The notes below the pieces were generated by a model. The model ran no database searches and was not told where the DNA came from. It was given only the letters and a program-made list of their open reading frames with translations. Made by a program: the position numbers and the translations under genes. Positions 40,894 through 50,901 of a stretch of 59,903 nt of DNA are shown here, one piece after another. Source of the DNA: Candidatus Poseidoniales archaeon (GTDB lineage Archaea > Thermoplasmatota > Poseidoniia > Poseidoniales > Poseidoniaceae); contig QQRY01000021.1 of assembly GCA_003602575.1 (NCBI GenBank), positions 1 to 59,903 on the forward strand, in the 5' to 3' direction. Position 1 is the first letter of the stretch, and every line of letters starts with the position of its first letter.

Positions 40894-41990
40894 TCCTCTT
40901 CTGAATTTACTTCTTCGTCAATAGACTCTTCGGTAATCTCTGGTAGAGATTCTAAAACATCTGATAACATTTGAGTTGCGTCCTCTATTTGTGTAATTAA
41001 GGTGACATCAGATACTGCACCTGGACGACCAAGGCTCCACATTAAATCATGAACTACCTCAGTGGTCAATTTGGTTAATTTAAGAACTTCTAAATCTATA
41101 CCGAATAATTCTTCATCTCTTTTTAGAGCAACTAAATCTGGCATCTCATCTAATATTTCATCCATTTTGGCAACTACTTCATCGCCCAGCGATTCCGCTT
41201 GCTTCTCTAAGATTTCTTCCATTGAAGTCATTCTAGGTTTCCTTGGTTTGGAGGGGCCTGCTCCACTGCCTAATGTTTTACCTCGAGACATATTTTCAAA
41301 TGACGGCGCATCTTGATTTTGCTGTGCCGATTCTTTTTCCTCGGAAGGTAAATCTTCTGGAGATACATCTTTAACAAGATGATTCAGAGCAATTCTAAGT
41401 AAATTAGCCATCATGGATGGATCAAAAGTATCGTCTACTTCCAATCCTTCCTCATTCATTTGAACAAGAATTTCATCAATAAAACCGGGATTGATTTTTT
41501 CAGGACTAACTAGTCCTTTCAACATCGGTAATGCCCATGTTGAATCACCCATAAGCATGGATACATCAAAACTACCACCGCCACTATTTGGACCTGCTAC
41601 ATCTGCTGGAGGAGGGACGAATTGTTTACGTGCATGCTTGTTTAGTTGCTCGATTAGTAGAGACATGTCTATTGGTTTGGCAATTACTTCTGAAACTCCT
41701 GCTTGTGCCGCAGAAGTCAAATATTCTTGGCTAGAATTACGCGAAAGAATCACTATTCTACACTTGAAAGCAAATTCGGGGTCTGACATAAGACGTTGTG
41801 AGGCATCGATTGCATCACCTGACTTCCAATCCCCATCCATCAAAACTATTTCTGGCATTATGGCTAATGCTGTACCTTCTGCCTGTCTTAAAGTACCAGC
41901 TCGAGTTATATCGAAACCCTCTCTTTCAAGAGTATTAGCCAATAAAGTCCGTCTACCTTCATTCTCATCAGCAACGATTACCTTGGCCAC
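40890..41990 (-). CDS. response-regulator receiver domain protein with acidic helical C-terminus
   Basis: VIVADE, IVLMD (phospho-acceptor Asp), IVILS and IAKP receiver motifs. Confidence 0.75.
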   Translation of the reverse strand: MAKVIVADENEGRRTLLANTLEREGFDITRAGTLRQAEGTALAIMPEIVLMDGDWKSGDAIDASQRLMSDPEFAFKCRIVILSRNSSQEYLTSAAQAGVSEVIAKPIDMSLLIEQLNKHARKQFVPPPADVAGPNSGGGSFDVSMLMGDSTWALPMLKGLVSPEKINPGFIDEILVQMNEEGLEVDDTFDPSMMANLLRIALNHLVKDVSPEDLPSEEKESAQQNQDAPSFENMSRGKTLGSGAGPSKPRKPRMTSMEEILEKQAESLGDEVVAKMDEILDEMPDLVALKRDEELFGIDLEVLKLTKLTTEVVHDLMWSLGRPGAVSDVTLITQIEDATQMLSDVLESLPEITEESIDEEVNSEEE

Positions 41991-42093
41991 ATTTCCACCC
42001 CCCGATAAATGTCATAAATACCTTAAACATTTGAACCTCATGTATAATTCCAACCAATAGGACCGTAAAATGAGGATGATTTTAGATAACGGA

Positions 42094-43260
42094 TTATTCT
42101 ATGTCTTTTGGAGAAGATTGACTCCATGAAATAATCCCTCCATCCACATTGAATAGTTTATCACCATCAAATCCAGAGTCCATTAGTAATAATGCTGCAA
42201 TTTGTGAGCGCATGCCACTTCTGCACAATAATAAGATATCTCTGTCTTTAGGTAATGAATGGGAGACAGATAATACATCCTCATGTGCAATTTGCATATC
42301 TGTGAAAGAAATCCTAACTTGTTCATATTCTTGCTTTGAGCGAACATCCAAAAGATATGGATTCCATCCATCGCCACGTCTTTTGACACATTCTGCCGGA
42401 GTGATGTTTTGGAACATATTGTTATGCTCAGTAGTACTTGGCTCTTCAATATCTCGGTCATCAGATTTTCCATCAATTTGACACCAACCCTCATCGACAA
42501 ACATTGCCATGGACTTAGATAAATCTTGAATTTCTTCTCGATCTTCGATTTTTCCGAAGTTTAGTTTGTTAAAATTCATATTTTCTGCATCATAAATCAG
42601 TAATTGACCAGATAGTATTTGGCCTATACCAGTAATCGTTTTTATAGCCTCAGTTGCTTGAATCGAACCTATAACTCCAGGCAACACCCCCAATACTCCA
42701 CCATCTGCACAAGAAGGTACACTTTCAGATGGCGGGGGGTCTGGAAATAAATCTCTGTAACTTGGACCACCATTGAGATTGAAAACGCTGACTTGACCTT
42801 CAAACCGATATATTGAGCCATATACCCAAGGTAAGTCAATAATACTACACAAGTCATCTATCAAGTACCTTGTAGGCAAGTTATCAGTTCCATCAATAAC
42901 TATATCCCAACCATTTTGAAAAATTTCAATTCCATTTTCAGGAGTTAGCCTACATTTCCAAATCTTTACATCAACCTCTGGATTTAATTCATTAATTCGA
43001 TTTTTTGCAGATTCAGCTTTATTTTGTCCTAAAACTGAATTAGAGTGAATCACTTGTCTTTGGAGATTTGATATGTCAACATCATCGAAATCAATAATTC
43101 CAATTCTACCTACGCCAGCCGCTGCAAGATAAAGTAATGCAGGACTACCTAATCCTCCTGCCCCAATTACCAAAATATTAGATTTGGAAATATTCTTTTG
43201 ACCTTGTAAACCAATCTGCGGCAAAGATATATGCCTTGCATAACGATTGATGTCGACCAT
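42094..43260 (-). CDS. moeB: MoeB/ThiF adenylyltransferase fused to rhodanese (MoeZ/UbaA-like)
   Basis: RYARHI, GAGGLG, DISNLQRQ, DGTDN, SCADGGVLG; rhodanese LDVRS...CRSGMRS. Confidence 0.88.
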   Translation of the reverse strand: MVDINRYARHISLPQIGLQGQKNISKSNILVIGAGGLGSPALLYLAAAGVGRIGIIDFDDVDISNLQRQVIHSNSVLGQNKAESAKNRINELNPEVDVKIWKCRLTPENGIEIFQNGWDIVIDGTDNLPTRYLIDDLCSIIDLPWVYGSIYRFEGQVSVFNLNGGPSYRDLFPDPPPSESVPSCADGGVLGVLPGVIGSIQATEAIKTITGIGQILSGQLLIYDAENMNFNKLNFGKIEDREEIQDLSKSMAMFVDEGWCQIDGKSDDRDIEEPSTTEHNNMFQNITPAECVKRRGDGWNPYLLDVRSKQEYEQVRISFTDMQIAHEDVLSVSHSLPKDRDILLLCRSGMRSQIAALLLMDSGFDGDKLFNVDGGIISWSQSSPKDIE

Positions 43261-43310
43261 GTACGAGCCAGAGAGAACTATTTCATCAAAGCGCCGGCTT
43301 AAATCAAATT

Positions 43311-44240
43311 TCAATGGACATGCTCTTCAAGCCATTTTTCAGCATCCATTGCAGCTTGGCAACCCATTCCGGCTGCTGTAATTGCTTGTTTATATCTAGT
43401 ATCTACAACATCTCCAGCCGCAAAAACTCCTTCCACTGAAGTCATAGTATACTTTTTGTGAACGATATACCCTTCTTCATCGGTTTCAATTTGACCACCC
43501 AAGAAAGATGTTATTGGCTTATGACCTATTGCAATAAATGCTCCAGTAGCTGAAATTTCTTCTGTAGAACCATCTCTTGGGTCTTCTAGAACTGCTCCTG
43601 TTAGACCATTGTCATCTGAAAGCCATTTCTTTATTTGACGGAAGGTTTTGATCTCTATTTTTTCATTATTTGCCGCTCTATCATACATTATTGTAGAGGC
43701 TTTGAAAACATCTCTCCTATGAACTAGCGTCACCTTAGATGCGAATCTAGTCAGGAATGTTGCTTCTTCACAAGCAGAATCCCCCCCACCGATGACTAAA
43801 ACTTCTTCATCACGGAAAAAAGCACCATCGCATGTAGCACAAGTTGAGATTCCTCTGCCTTTCTGTTCCGCCTCACCTTCAGCATTCAACCAAATTGATT
43901 CGGCACCGGTTGAAATTATAATTGAATGAGTAAGATACTCTTCGCCTTCAAGGCTCACTTTGTAAGGTCTTTGCGATAGATCTACAGATTCAACATTTCT
44001 ATCTTGAACTTCTAAACCAAATCGCTCTGATTGTTCCCTGAGTTGCATCATCATCTCGGGACCTCCAATGCCTTGAGGATAACCTGGGAAGTTCTCAATA
44101 TCTGAGGTCAGCATTAATTGCCCGCCAGACATATATCCTGCAAACATTAGAGGTTCAAGCATAGCTCTGGCTGCATATAATCCAGCAGTATAACCTGCCG
44201 GACCTGAACCAATTATTATCACATTACGCACATCAGACAT
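43311..44240 (-). CDS. trxB: thioredoxin reductase
   Basis: GSGPAG, CATCDG, GGGDSA, VHRRD, FAAGDV motifs. Confidence 0.95.
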   Translation of the reverse strand: MSDVRNVIIIGSGPAGYTAGLYAARAMLEPLMFAGYMSGGQLMLTSDIENFPGYPQGIGGPEMMMQLREQSERFGLEVQDRNVESVDLSQRPYKVSLEGEEYLTHSIIISTGAESIWLNAEGEAEQKGRGISTCATCDGAFFRDEEVLVIGGGDSACEEATFLTRFASKVTLVHRRDVFKASTIMYDRAANNEKIEIKTFRQIKKWLSDDNGLTGAVLEDPRDGSTEEISATGAFIAIGHKPITSFLGGQIETDEEGYIVHKKYTMTSVEGVFAAGDVVDTRYKQAITAAGMGCQAAMDAEKWLEEHVH

Positions 44241-44325
44241 TTTATCGCCCACATCATAAACAGGTATTACTAGACTCTTGAACATTTACATCCAAGATTT
44301 AGAAAAATAGCGATAATTGAACTAA

Positions 44326-44724
44326 TTAAAGCATTTTTACAACCGCCGAAACTGCTGCTCTTGCATGCGGTTCTAATCTCGGCTCGATATGTTCAGGTTC
44401 TGCTCCAGGCCCAATGATACCTAATCCAACTGGCTTTTCATGAACTAATTGTAATTCAATAATGGTCTTAATAACTGCTTGGCCCATTGCTAATCCGTGT
44501 TGAGTCTGACCTTTTTCGATTATCCCGAGGCATGCCACGCCGTTGATTTCATCGTCTGCCAAGAGACGGTCGACTGCAAGTGGCACTTCCATAGCACCGG
44601 GAACCCAAACTACATCTGTAATAGTTAGTGATTCCTTAGATGCTTGATCTTTAGCATATTCGAGCATCTGTTCGATTTCCTCTTTGTGAAAAGATCCACA
44701 TACAATTGCTATTCTATTATTCAT
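44326..44724 (-). CDS. ribH: 6,7-dimethyl-8-ribityllumazine synthase
   Basis: VPGAMEVP, LGIIEKGQTQH, KPVGLGI; in rib cluster. Confidence 0.88.
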   Translation of the reverse strand: MNNRIAIVCGSFHKEEIEQMLEYAKDQASKESLTITDVVWVPGAMEVPLAVDRLLADDEINGVACLGIIEKGQTQHGLAMGQAVIKTIIELQLVHEKPVGLGIIGPGAEPEHIEPRLEPHARAAVSAVVKML

Positions 44725-44736
44725 TTTATCATCTCA

Positions 44737-45336
44737 TCACTTTTTGGCAATCATTCTTTCTACTGTTGAAACTATTGTTTGTGTAGTAGAATCTATTTCG
44801 ATATTTACTGCATCTCCAATTTGTTTTGAAGCAATCTTAGTTTGCCTCATGGTTTCGGGAATAATATGTAGATTAAATCTTGAATTACTAACTTCGCCTA
44901 TTGTTAAAGAAATACCATCAATAGCAACATATCCTTTCTCGAGTAGGTATTTTTCTATAGAAGGGGGCGCTAAAATAGATAAATCCATACCTTCACCGGA
45001 TTCTGATTTCTCATTAACAATCCCTGTGGCTATGATATGTCCTGATAAGAGATGCCCTCCTATTTCGTCTCCAAATTTTAATGAACGTTCAATATTTACA
45101 GATTCTCCTTTTTCTAATTGGTCCAAAGTGGTTCTAGTAAGAGTCTCTTGAATCACATCAAAACAAACAATATTCTCTTCAATTGAAGTTGCGGTCAAAC
45201 AAACACCATCAACAGAAACACTTGCGCCTATCTCTAATGATTCCGTATTTGGAAGTTGTATCTTAAAACTCTTAATCGCTTGACCTTCAATTACATCGGA
45301 TATGATACCGATTCCTTGAACTATTCCTGTAAACAT
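44737..45336 (-). CDS. ribE: riboflavin synthase, bacterial/eukaryotic alpha type
   Basis: N-terminal MFTGIV, GVCLT, GGHLLSGH, GISLT, VNIEID. Confidence 0.92.
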   Translation of the reverse strand: MFTGIVQGIGIISDVIEGQAIKSFKIQLPNTESLEIGASVSVDGVCLTATSIEENIVCFDVIQETLTRTTLDQLEKGESVNIERSLKFGDEIGGHLLSGHIIATGIVNEKSESGEGMDLSILAPPSIEKYLLEKGYVAIDGISLTIGEVSNSRFNLHIIPETMRQTKIASKQIGDAVNIEIDSTTQTIVSTVERMIAKK

Positions 45337-45345
45337 TGTTTCAAC

Positions 45346-45780
45346 TCACTTTTTTTGCGAAAGATCGAGGATTCTTGCTATTATCTTCCTGGTACCGTCA
45401 AGATCTTCTGATAAACCTTCGACTCTAACAACTTCAATATCTTCATGCCCGAGTTCAGTTAATTTTCTTTTAATTGACTCCTCTGCATGTTCTTGGTCAT
45501 ATCCTAGAGCGATTAAATCCGGCTTTACTAAAGGTAGAATATCAAAAATAGGCACTTCTGGAGGGTTGCCAATAATTGCTTCATCTACAGGTTTTAGACC
45601 TTCTACCATTCTTCGTCTAAGGTCATGATTCGTTACTGGCTCATGTTTCCTTATACGCACTGTATCATCATGAGCAATTACTACTGTCAAGTGCTGACCC
45701 AGTGCTTTGGCTTGCTCGAGATAATGAAGATGTCCTGCGTGAAGGAGATCAAAAACGCCGACTGCCATAATTCGCTTCAT
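45346..45780 (-). CDS. ribL: archaeal FAD synthetase (cytidylyltransferase family)
   Basis: GVFDLLHAGH, PDLIALGYDQ; in rib cluster. Confidence 0.85.
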   Translation of the reverse strand: MKRIMAVGVFDLLHAGHLHYLEQAKALGQHLTVVIAHDDTVRIRKHEPVTNHDLRRRMVEGLKPVDEAIIGNPPEVPIFDILPLVKPDLIALGYDQEHAEESIKRKLTELGHEDIEVVRVEGLSEDLDGTRKIIARILDLSQKK

Positions 45781-45831
45781 AGTCTCGCCTCAAATCTCTG
45801 AATTCGATTTCACACATCATGTTATCGCAAC

Positions 45832-46551
45832 TTACTGACCATTATTCAATGCGCTGATAATATCTACTCCATGTAAGAAAGGTATTCCTTTTTGCTTAGC
45901 CCATATTTTTGCATCTTCAACTGACAGAGCATTATCTCCATCAGGTTGAAGCATTTCTGCTCCAATTACTACGGGTGTTGTACCAGAAAGTCTAGCTAAG
46001 CCAACTGCTAATTCAGTATGTCCTTGACGAACCCTTAGGCCACCTTTGGCTTCTCTACAAACTGGAATATGACCCGGGGTTCTGAATTCTTGACCTAATA
46101 CTTTTTGGGCTTCATCTGTGCTCGCTTTCTTCAAAGATAACTCGTTTGATAGTTCTGCAAATCTCCTAGTTGTCAAAGCTCTATCTTTGTCGGTAATCCC
46201 AGTATATGTGTCTCTATGATTTAGTGAGAGAGTAAAGGCAGAACGGGCATCATATCGTAAATCATCAGTAATTAGTTGCTTCAATACTGTGTGTTGTTTT
46301 GTTAATTCAGGATGGGTGTGTAAATCCTGTAAAAATGGTAAAGAAAATAGTTCTCCTACTTCATCTCCAATCGCTAAGAAAAGTAAACCTCCACAGTCTT
46401 GTCTTAACTGGCGCATTGTACTTGGTTGAGCAAACTGAGCAGAGAATAACAGATCGGTCTCGCCCTCTCTCTTTTCTGAATCAAATAAACAGACAGGAAG
46501 GCCTCTTGAAAAAGCATCAATCGCAACAGATATTTCATCGCTCATGTTCAT
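45832..46551 (-). CDS. ribB: 3,4-dihydroxy-2-butanone 4-phosphate synthase (archaeal type)
   Basis: DSEKREGETD, TGITDKDRALT, FRTPGHI, RQGHTE. Confidence 0.92.
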   Translation of the reverse strand: MNMSDEISVAIDAFSRGLPVCLFDSEKREGETDLLFSAQFAQPSTMRQLRQDCGGLLFLAIGDEVGELFSLPFLQDLHTHPELTKQHTVLKQLITDDLRYDARSAFTLSLNHRDTYTGITDKDRALTTRRFAELSNELSLKKASTDEAQKVLGQEFRTPGHIPVCREAKGGLRVRQGHTELAVGLARLSGTTPVVIGAEMLQPDGDNALSVEDAKIWAKQKGIPFLHGVDIISALNNGQ

Positions 46552-46688
46552 CGGTCGTATAACTTCTTCATGAACTGTCGCATATAACCATAATATGATA
46601 ATAATGAAATTCGACGGTTTTTTTGAGCATTCTACGGAAAGGTGTTATGATAGGACGACCCTTGGGTTGAATCTGCGGGGGGTTGAGA

Positions 46689-47855
46689 ATGCCAGTTAAA
46701 CTAGGTCCAGCCGGTATTCCTTTATCATGTAAAGGAAGAACGATTGTCGAAGGAATGGACGATATTATTTCTCTTGGATTAGAGACTATGGAAGTTCAAA
46801 CAGTACGAATGATTGCCCCTCAACATTTTGAACAATACTGGCAAGCAGGAGTTTTGGCTAATAAGACCAACTTTGAAATGAATATTCATGGACCTTATTA
46901 CTCAGAACTATTAGGAAATAAAGTAGAGAGAGGACGCTCTCTGACCAAAATTGAAGCCACTCTACAAGCTGCCAAAACAATCAATGCAAGACATATTACT
47001 CTTCACGCCGGCCATTATGGCGAGATGGGCCGTGGTCGAGAAGCCAATGAACAACTAGCCAACGTTTTTTCTGGAATCGTCGATAGAGTTGCAGAAATTT
47101 GGCATGATGATGAGGATATTTACCCTGTATTCCCATGGTTAAAGGATGGTACTCCTTCTAAAATTGGAATTGAAACATCGGGCAGACAAGAATTATGGGG
47201 TAGTCTCGAAGAAGTATTGGAAGTTGTAAATCATGTTGAAGGTACTATTCCTGTATTGAATATTGCTCATATTCACTCTAGAGGGCATGGTAGGATGCGT
47301 ACATCTGAGGATTATGGTGAATTATTTGACCAAGTTAGAGAAACTATTGGAACAAAGGAATTCTATTGTCACTTTTCTGGTGTTGAGCATAGGACAGGTA
47401 ATGCGATGCATTATACTCAAATTAAGAAATCTGACTTAAATTTCGAGCCATTGGCAGAATTCATTGTTGAAGATGGTGGTTGGCTAGACATCACTCTGAT
47501 TTCCGACTCCCCGCTTCTTGAACATGATGCTATGTACATGTTACAAAATATTGAGAAGTCACGTCACAAGCAACTGGAACGTAAAGCCCGAGAAGATCGC
47601 AGAAGGGCTCTATCTGCTCAAACTGGTAAATCCTTCGAGGAAATCGCAAACAAAGAAGTGGAACAAGCTAAACTACGCAAAGAAGTTGAAAACAATGAAA
47701 CAGCGCCTGTTGAAGAAACTCCTAAGGTTGAAGAGAAAGTCGAAGAAAAGCCTGTTAAGAAGGGTTCAAAATCTAAGAAAAAGGATGACGAAAAAGACAA
47801 AGACAAAGATGAAGATGTCTTTAATTTCGAAGAAGACGATGATGACTTATTTTGA
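46689..47855 (+). CDS. endonuclease IV-like AP endonuclease with long charged C-terminal tail
   Basis: GPAG, IHGPYY, LHAG, IETSGR, AHIHSR and HFSG metal-ligand motifs. Confidence 0.8.
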   Translation: MPVKLGPAGIPLSCKGRTIVEGMDDIISLGLETMEVQTVRMIAPQHFEQYWQAGVLANKTNFEMNIHGPYYSELLGNKVERGRSLTKIEATLQAAKTINARHITLHAGHYGEMGRGREANEQLANVFSGIVDRVAEIWHDDEDIYPVFPWLKDGTPSKIGIETSGRQELWGSLEEVLEVVNHVEGTIPVLNIAHIHSRGHGRMRTSEDYGELFDQVRETIGTKEFYCHFSGVEHRTGNAMHYTQIKKSDLNFEPLAEFIVEDGGWLDITLISDSPLLEHDAMYMLQNIEKSRHKQLERKAREDRRRALSAQTGKSFEEIANKEVEQAKLRKEVENNETAPVEETPKVEEKVEEKPVKKGSKSKKKDDEKDKDKDEDVFNFEEDDDDLF

Positions 47856-47951
47856 GCATCGCACCTAGCCATCAACTATCAAACCGCTTCTATTTGCTTC
47901 TAATCATCGGCAACTAAGATAAGTGAAGGGTTTAGCGTAAGGCTTGGTCAT

Positions 47952-48950
47952 ATGGCACATATTGCGATTTTGGGATTAGGCAACTGGGGGACTGCGGTAG
48001 CTAGAATGTGGTTACTTGATGGCCATAATGTGAAAGGTTGGACTATCGAACAAGAAGTTTATGAGTCGATAACAATGGATCAGGTGAATAAGAAGTATTT
48101 ACCCGAACATTCAGTTGAAGGTCTTGAGGTCACAATGCATATCAATGAAGCTCTTCAAGGAGTGGAAATTGTTGTTCTTGCTGTACCTTCATCAGTCATA
48201 TTAGATGTGTTCGATGATGTATTGCCTCACTTAAGACCTGGGCACGTAATAATCGATTTAGCAAAAGGTCTCGCTCCTGGGAAGAGATTAATTTCTGAAG
48301 CGATTCATAATAAATTGAAAGAGGCAAACATGAATAATCCTCTTGCTGTTGTTACCGGACCAACTATCGCTCCTGAAGCAGCAAGCGGGGTCATGACTAC
48401 TGCTTTAGTCGCTAGTGAAGATGAATCTGTTGCCCAGAAATTGGCTAAAACTCTAACCACTCAAACCTTTATTCTCCATCCTGCCTCAGACCCTGCGGGT
48501 GCAGAATTATGGGGGGCATTCAAAAATGTCGTTGCTTTAACATGTGGATTGGTTGATGGTTTGAAAATTAATGGGACTCTTGGTGGTGATAATTTGAAAG
48601 CTGCTATTTTCATGGCTGGATTCAAAGAAGGTTGTATCCTATTGCCCCTTCTAGGGGCAAAAGCCGAGGTTGCATTTGGACCGGCCGGACTTGGAGATCT
48701 TTACGTGACAGCAACTTCACCATATGGAAGAAATAGAACCATGGGTGAGAAGTTAGGCACGGGATTAACATTAGAACAAGCATTAGAAGAAATGCACATG
48801 GTTGCTGAAGGAGTTAGAGCGGCTAGAATGTTTATTCGACGTGCAGAGGATGAAAATATCAATACTCCATTCACTAAAGCAATCAATACCTTACTCGATG
48901 GGGACATCGATGCTGAAGAGTGTTGTAGAAGAATTGTCGCCCTAAACTAG
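47952..48950 (+). CDS. gpsA: NAD(P)H-dependent glycerol-3-phosphate dehydrogenase
   Basis: GLGNWGTA, LAKG, GPTIA, GAFKNVVA, GLGDLYVT, GRN, AEG motifs. Confidence 0.9.
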   Translation: MAHIAILGLGNWGTAVARMWLLDGHNVKGWTIEQEVYESITMDQVNKKYLPEHSVEGLEVTMHINEALQGVEIVVLAVPSSVILDVFDDVLPHLRPGHVIIDLAKGLAPGKRLISEAIHNKLKEANMNNPLAVVTGPTIAPEAASGVMTTALVASEDESVAQKLAKTLTTQTFILHPASDPAGAELWGAFKNVVALTCGLVDGLKINGTLGGDNLKAAIFMAGFKEGCILLPLLGAKAEVAFGPAGLGDLYVTATSPYGRNRTMGEKLGTGLTLEQALEEMHMVAEGVRAARMFIRRAEDENINTPFTKAINTLLDGDIDAEECCRRIVALN

Positions 48951-48999
48951 AATAATTTCAGTCGGTGTTGTTTTGAGGGGGAACTACATCCCCACTAAC

Positions 49000-49215
49000 A
49001 TGGCGGATGATTTAAGCGAACTTGAGGCACGCTTATTCGAATGGATTAGACAATCTGATTTCCATACAATGCCTTGGTCAACATCTAAAGCTGCAAAGGC
49101 CTTCAAGGTCAAGAAAGATGAAATTTATGAAGCGGTTGCTGCCCTCACAAAAAAGGTACCAGACCGAATCCAAGTATTCTATAAAGAAGGGACTCTGCAT
49201 ATTGCTGCAGAATAA
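49000..49215 (+). CDS. small hypothetical protein, possible winged-helix
   Basis: 71 aa; WSTSKAAKAFKVKKDEIYEAVAAL helix-turn-helix-like segment. Confidence 0.55.
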   Translation: MADDLSELEARLFEWIRQSDFHTMPWSTSKAAKAFKVKKDEIYEAVAALTKKVPDRIQVFYKEGTLHIAAE

Positions 49216-49219
49216 TTTC

Positions 49220-50161
49220 TCATTCTTCTTCCTTTTTGGAGTACATTTCTACAGCCATAGAAGGCGGTAAAATAACACTCCACCACTTAGGTCTCTTCAC
49301 GTCTCCTTCTTCAGTTACAAAGGAGCGGATTAGCATAGAGATTAGATCTATTATCACTACGACTACAAAGACTACAATTAGTAAGGCAAATGCCTTATTG
49401 TAATCAAATGGTGGATTGATGTAATTATCGATATACATACCGATTCCTCCAGCACCTACAAGACCTAAAACCGCTCCATGTCTTACATTATACTCGAACA
49501 TGAATAATAATTGACTAAGAAGGTGATTACTAGACTCTGGAATTACTACATGGAATAATTGTTCAGAATGTGTCAAACCCATTGCCAAACCAGACTCTAA
49601 CGGCGCGTTATGAACTCCTTCCATGGCCTCATACTGTAGTTTTCCTAAGTATCCAATAGTGTACAAAGTCATGGCTAAAATACCAGGTAATGGCCCAAAA
49701 CCGAGGGCGATTGCAAATAGTAAAGCCCAAATTATACTGGGTAGACTTCGTAGTCCAGCAAGTAAAACTCTTGCAGGAATTGCAATTGGCAGTGGAGCCA
49801 TATTATTTGCTGCAAAAGAGGCAATTGGAATTGAAAAGAAAAATCCTATCAAAGTTGCAACGAATGCCATTTTTATAGTAATTACCATTCCTGTCCAAGC
49901 CTTAGAACAGAATAATTCGATATTTTCATTACATACATCTCCATTGGGTTTGTGTAATGAACCATCTGCCCAAACCTCTGCCTCTAAAACCGACCAATCT
50001 GGAGGCAAGAGGTCTTCACTGAAGAATATCTTTAACTTTTCAGGTGCACCTTCTATTTGACCCCAATCATCGACTAAATCATCTAGAGATAACCAAGCTA
50101 GAAGTATTAAGAAAATACCAACAAAAAATAATTTCTTATTGATTGGAATCACCTTCCTCAA
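49220..50161 (-). CDS. PhnE-family ABC transporter permease
   Basis: RSLPSIIWAL, GKLQYEAME, FEYNVRHGAVLGLVGAGGIG. Confidence 0.88.
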   Translation of the reverse strand: MRKVIPINKKLFFVGIFLILLAWLSLDDLVDDWGQIEGAPEKLKIFFSEDLLPPDWSVLEAEVWADGSLHKPNGDVCNENIELFCSKAWTGMVITIKMAFVATLIGFFFSIPIASFAANNMAPLPIAIPARVLLAGLRSLPSIIWALLFAIALGFGPLPGILAMTLYTIGYLGKLQYEAMEGVHNAPLESGLAMGLTHSEQLFHVVIPESSNHLLSQLLFMFEYNVRHGAVLGLVGAGGIGMYIDNYINPPFDYNKAFALLIVVFVVVVIIDLISMLIRSFVTEEGDVKRPKWWSVILPPSMAVEMYSKKEEE

Positions 50162-50813
50162 TCAAATTATCATCAATGATTCGCCAAATTCTATCAGCGA
50201 GCTCAATCGCTCTTTCTTCATGGTGTTCGATTAAGATTAAGGTCGCTCCAATTTCGTCAACGATCTCTTTAGTAGCGGCAATTATAGAATTTACATTCTC
50301 TTTATCGAGTTCTCCTAAGAATTCATCTGCAAGGATGAGTTTAGGCCTTTGGACAAGTGTTCTTGCAATAGCAACACGTCTCTGTTGACCTCCAGAAAGA
50401 ATTCTAACCGGTTCATCTGCAATATCTAGAATTTTTAATGCCCTCATGGCATTATCCATATCTTGTTTGAGTTTCTTATCTAGTGGAAACCAGAATGGAA
50501 ACCACCTAGATCTTCTTGTTCTTGCCCCTAATGCGACATTACTTCGTACTGTAGAGTGCCTTACTAAACCAAGTCTCTGGGGTATGTAACCAATTCCACC
50601 TCTTTTGGGATAGTTATGATATATCTCCCCAGATAGAGGTCGAATTAAACCTGCTATAGTCCTCATCAAAGTAGTCTTTCCAATTCCAGATGAACCCAAA
50701 ATTGCAATCGTATCTCCCGGATAAATGGTTTTGTTAATATCTGATACCAATGGTTTGTCATAGCCAACAGATAGACCTCTAAGAGTTACACTCTCAGGGT
50801 CTATCTGCTGCAT
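50136..50813 (-). CDS. PhnC-family ABC transporter ATPase
   Basis: GSSGIGKTT, LSGGQQRRVAIAR, ILADE; start refined to MQQID after a GGTGGTGAG RBS. Confidence 0.88.
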   Translation of the reverse strand: MQQIDPESVTLRGLSVGYDKPLVSDINKTIYPGDTIAILGSSGIGKTTLMRTIAGLIRPLSGEIYHNYPKRGGIGYIPQRLGLVRHSTVRSNVALGARTRRSRWFPFWFPLDKKLKQDMDNAMRALKILDIADEPVRILSGGQQRRVAIARTLVQRPKLILADEFLGELDKENVNSIIAATKEIVDEIGATLILIEHHEERAIELADRIWRIIDDNLIEEGDSNQ

Positions 50814-50901
50814 CTCACCACCACCTCGAGAGGGGGATTTTTCAACTACCAAGTAACCATCACCATGTGCCCGTAGAATTATTCTATTTAGAGCAAGTAG
50901 G

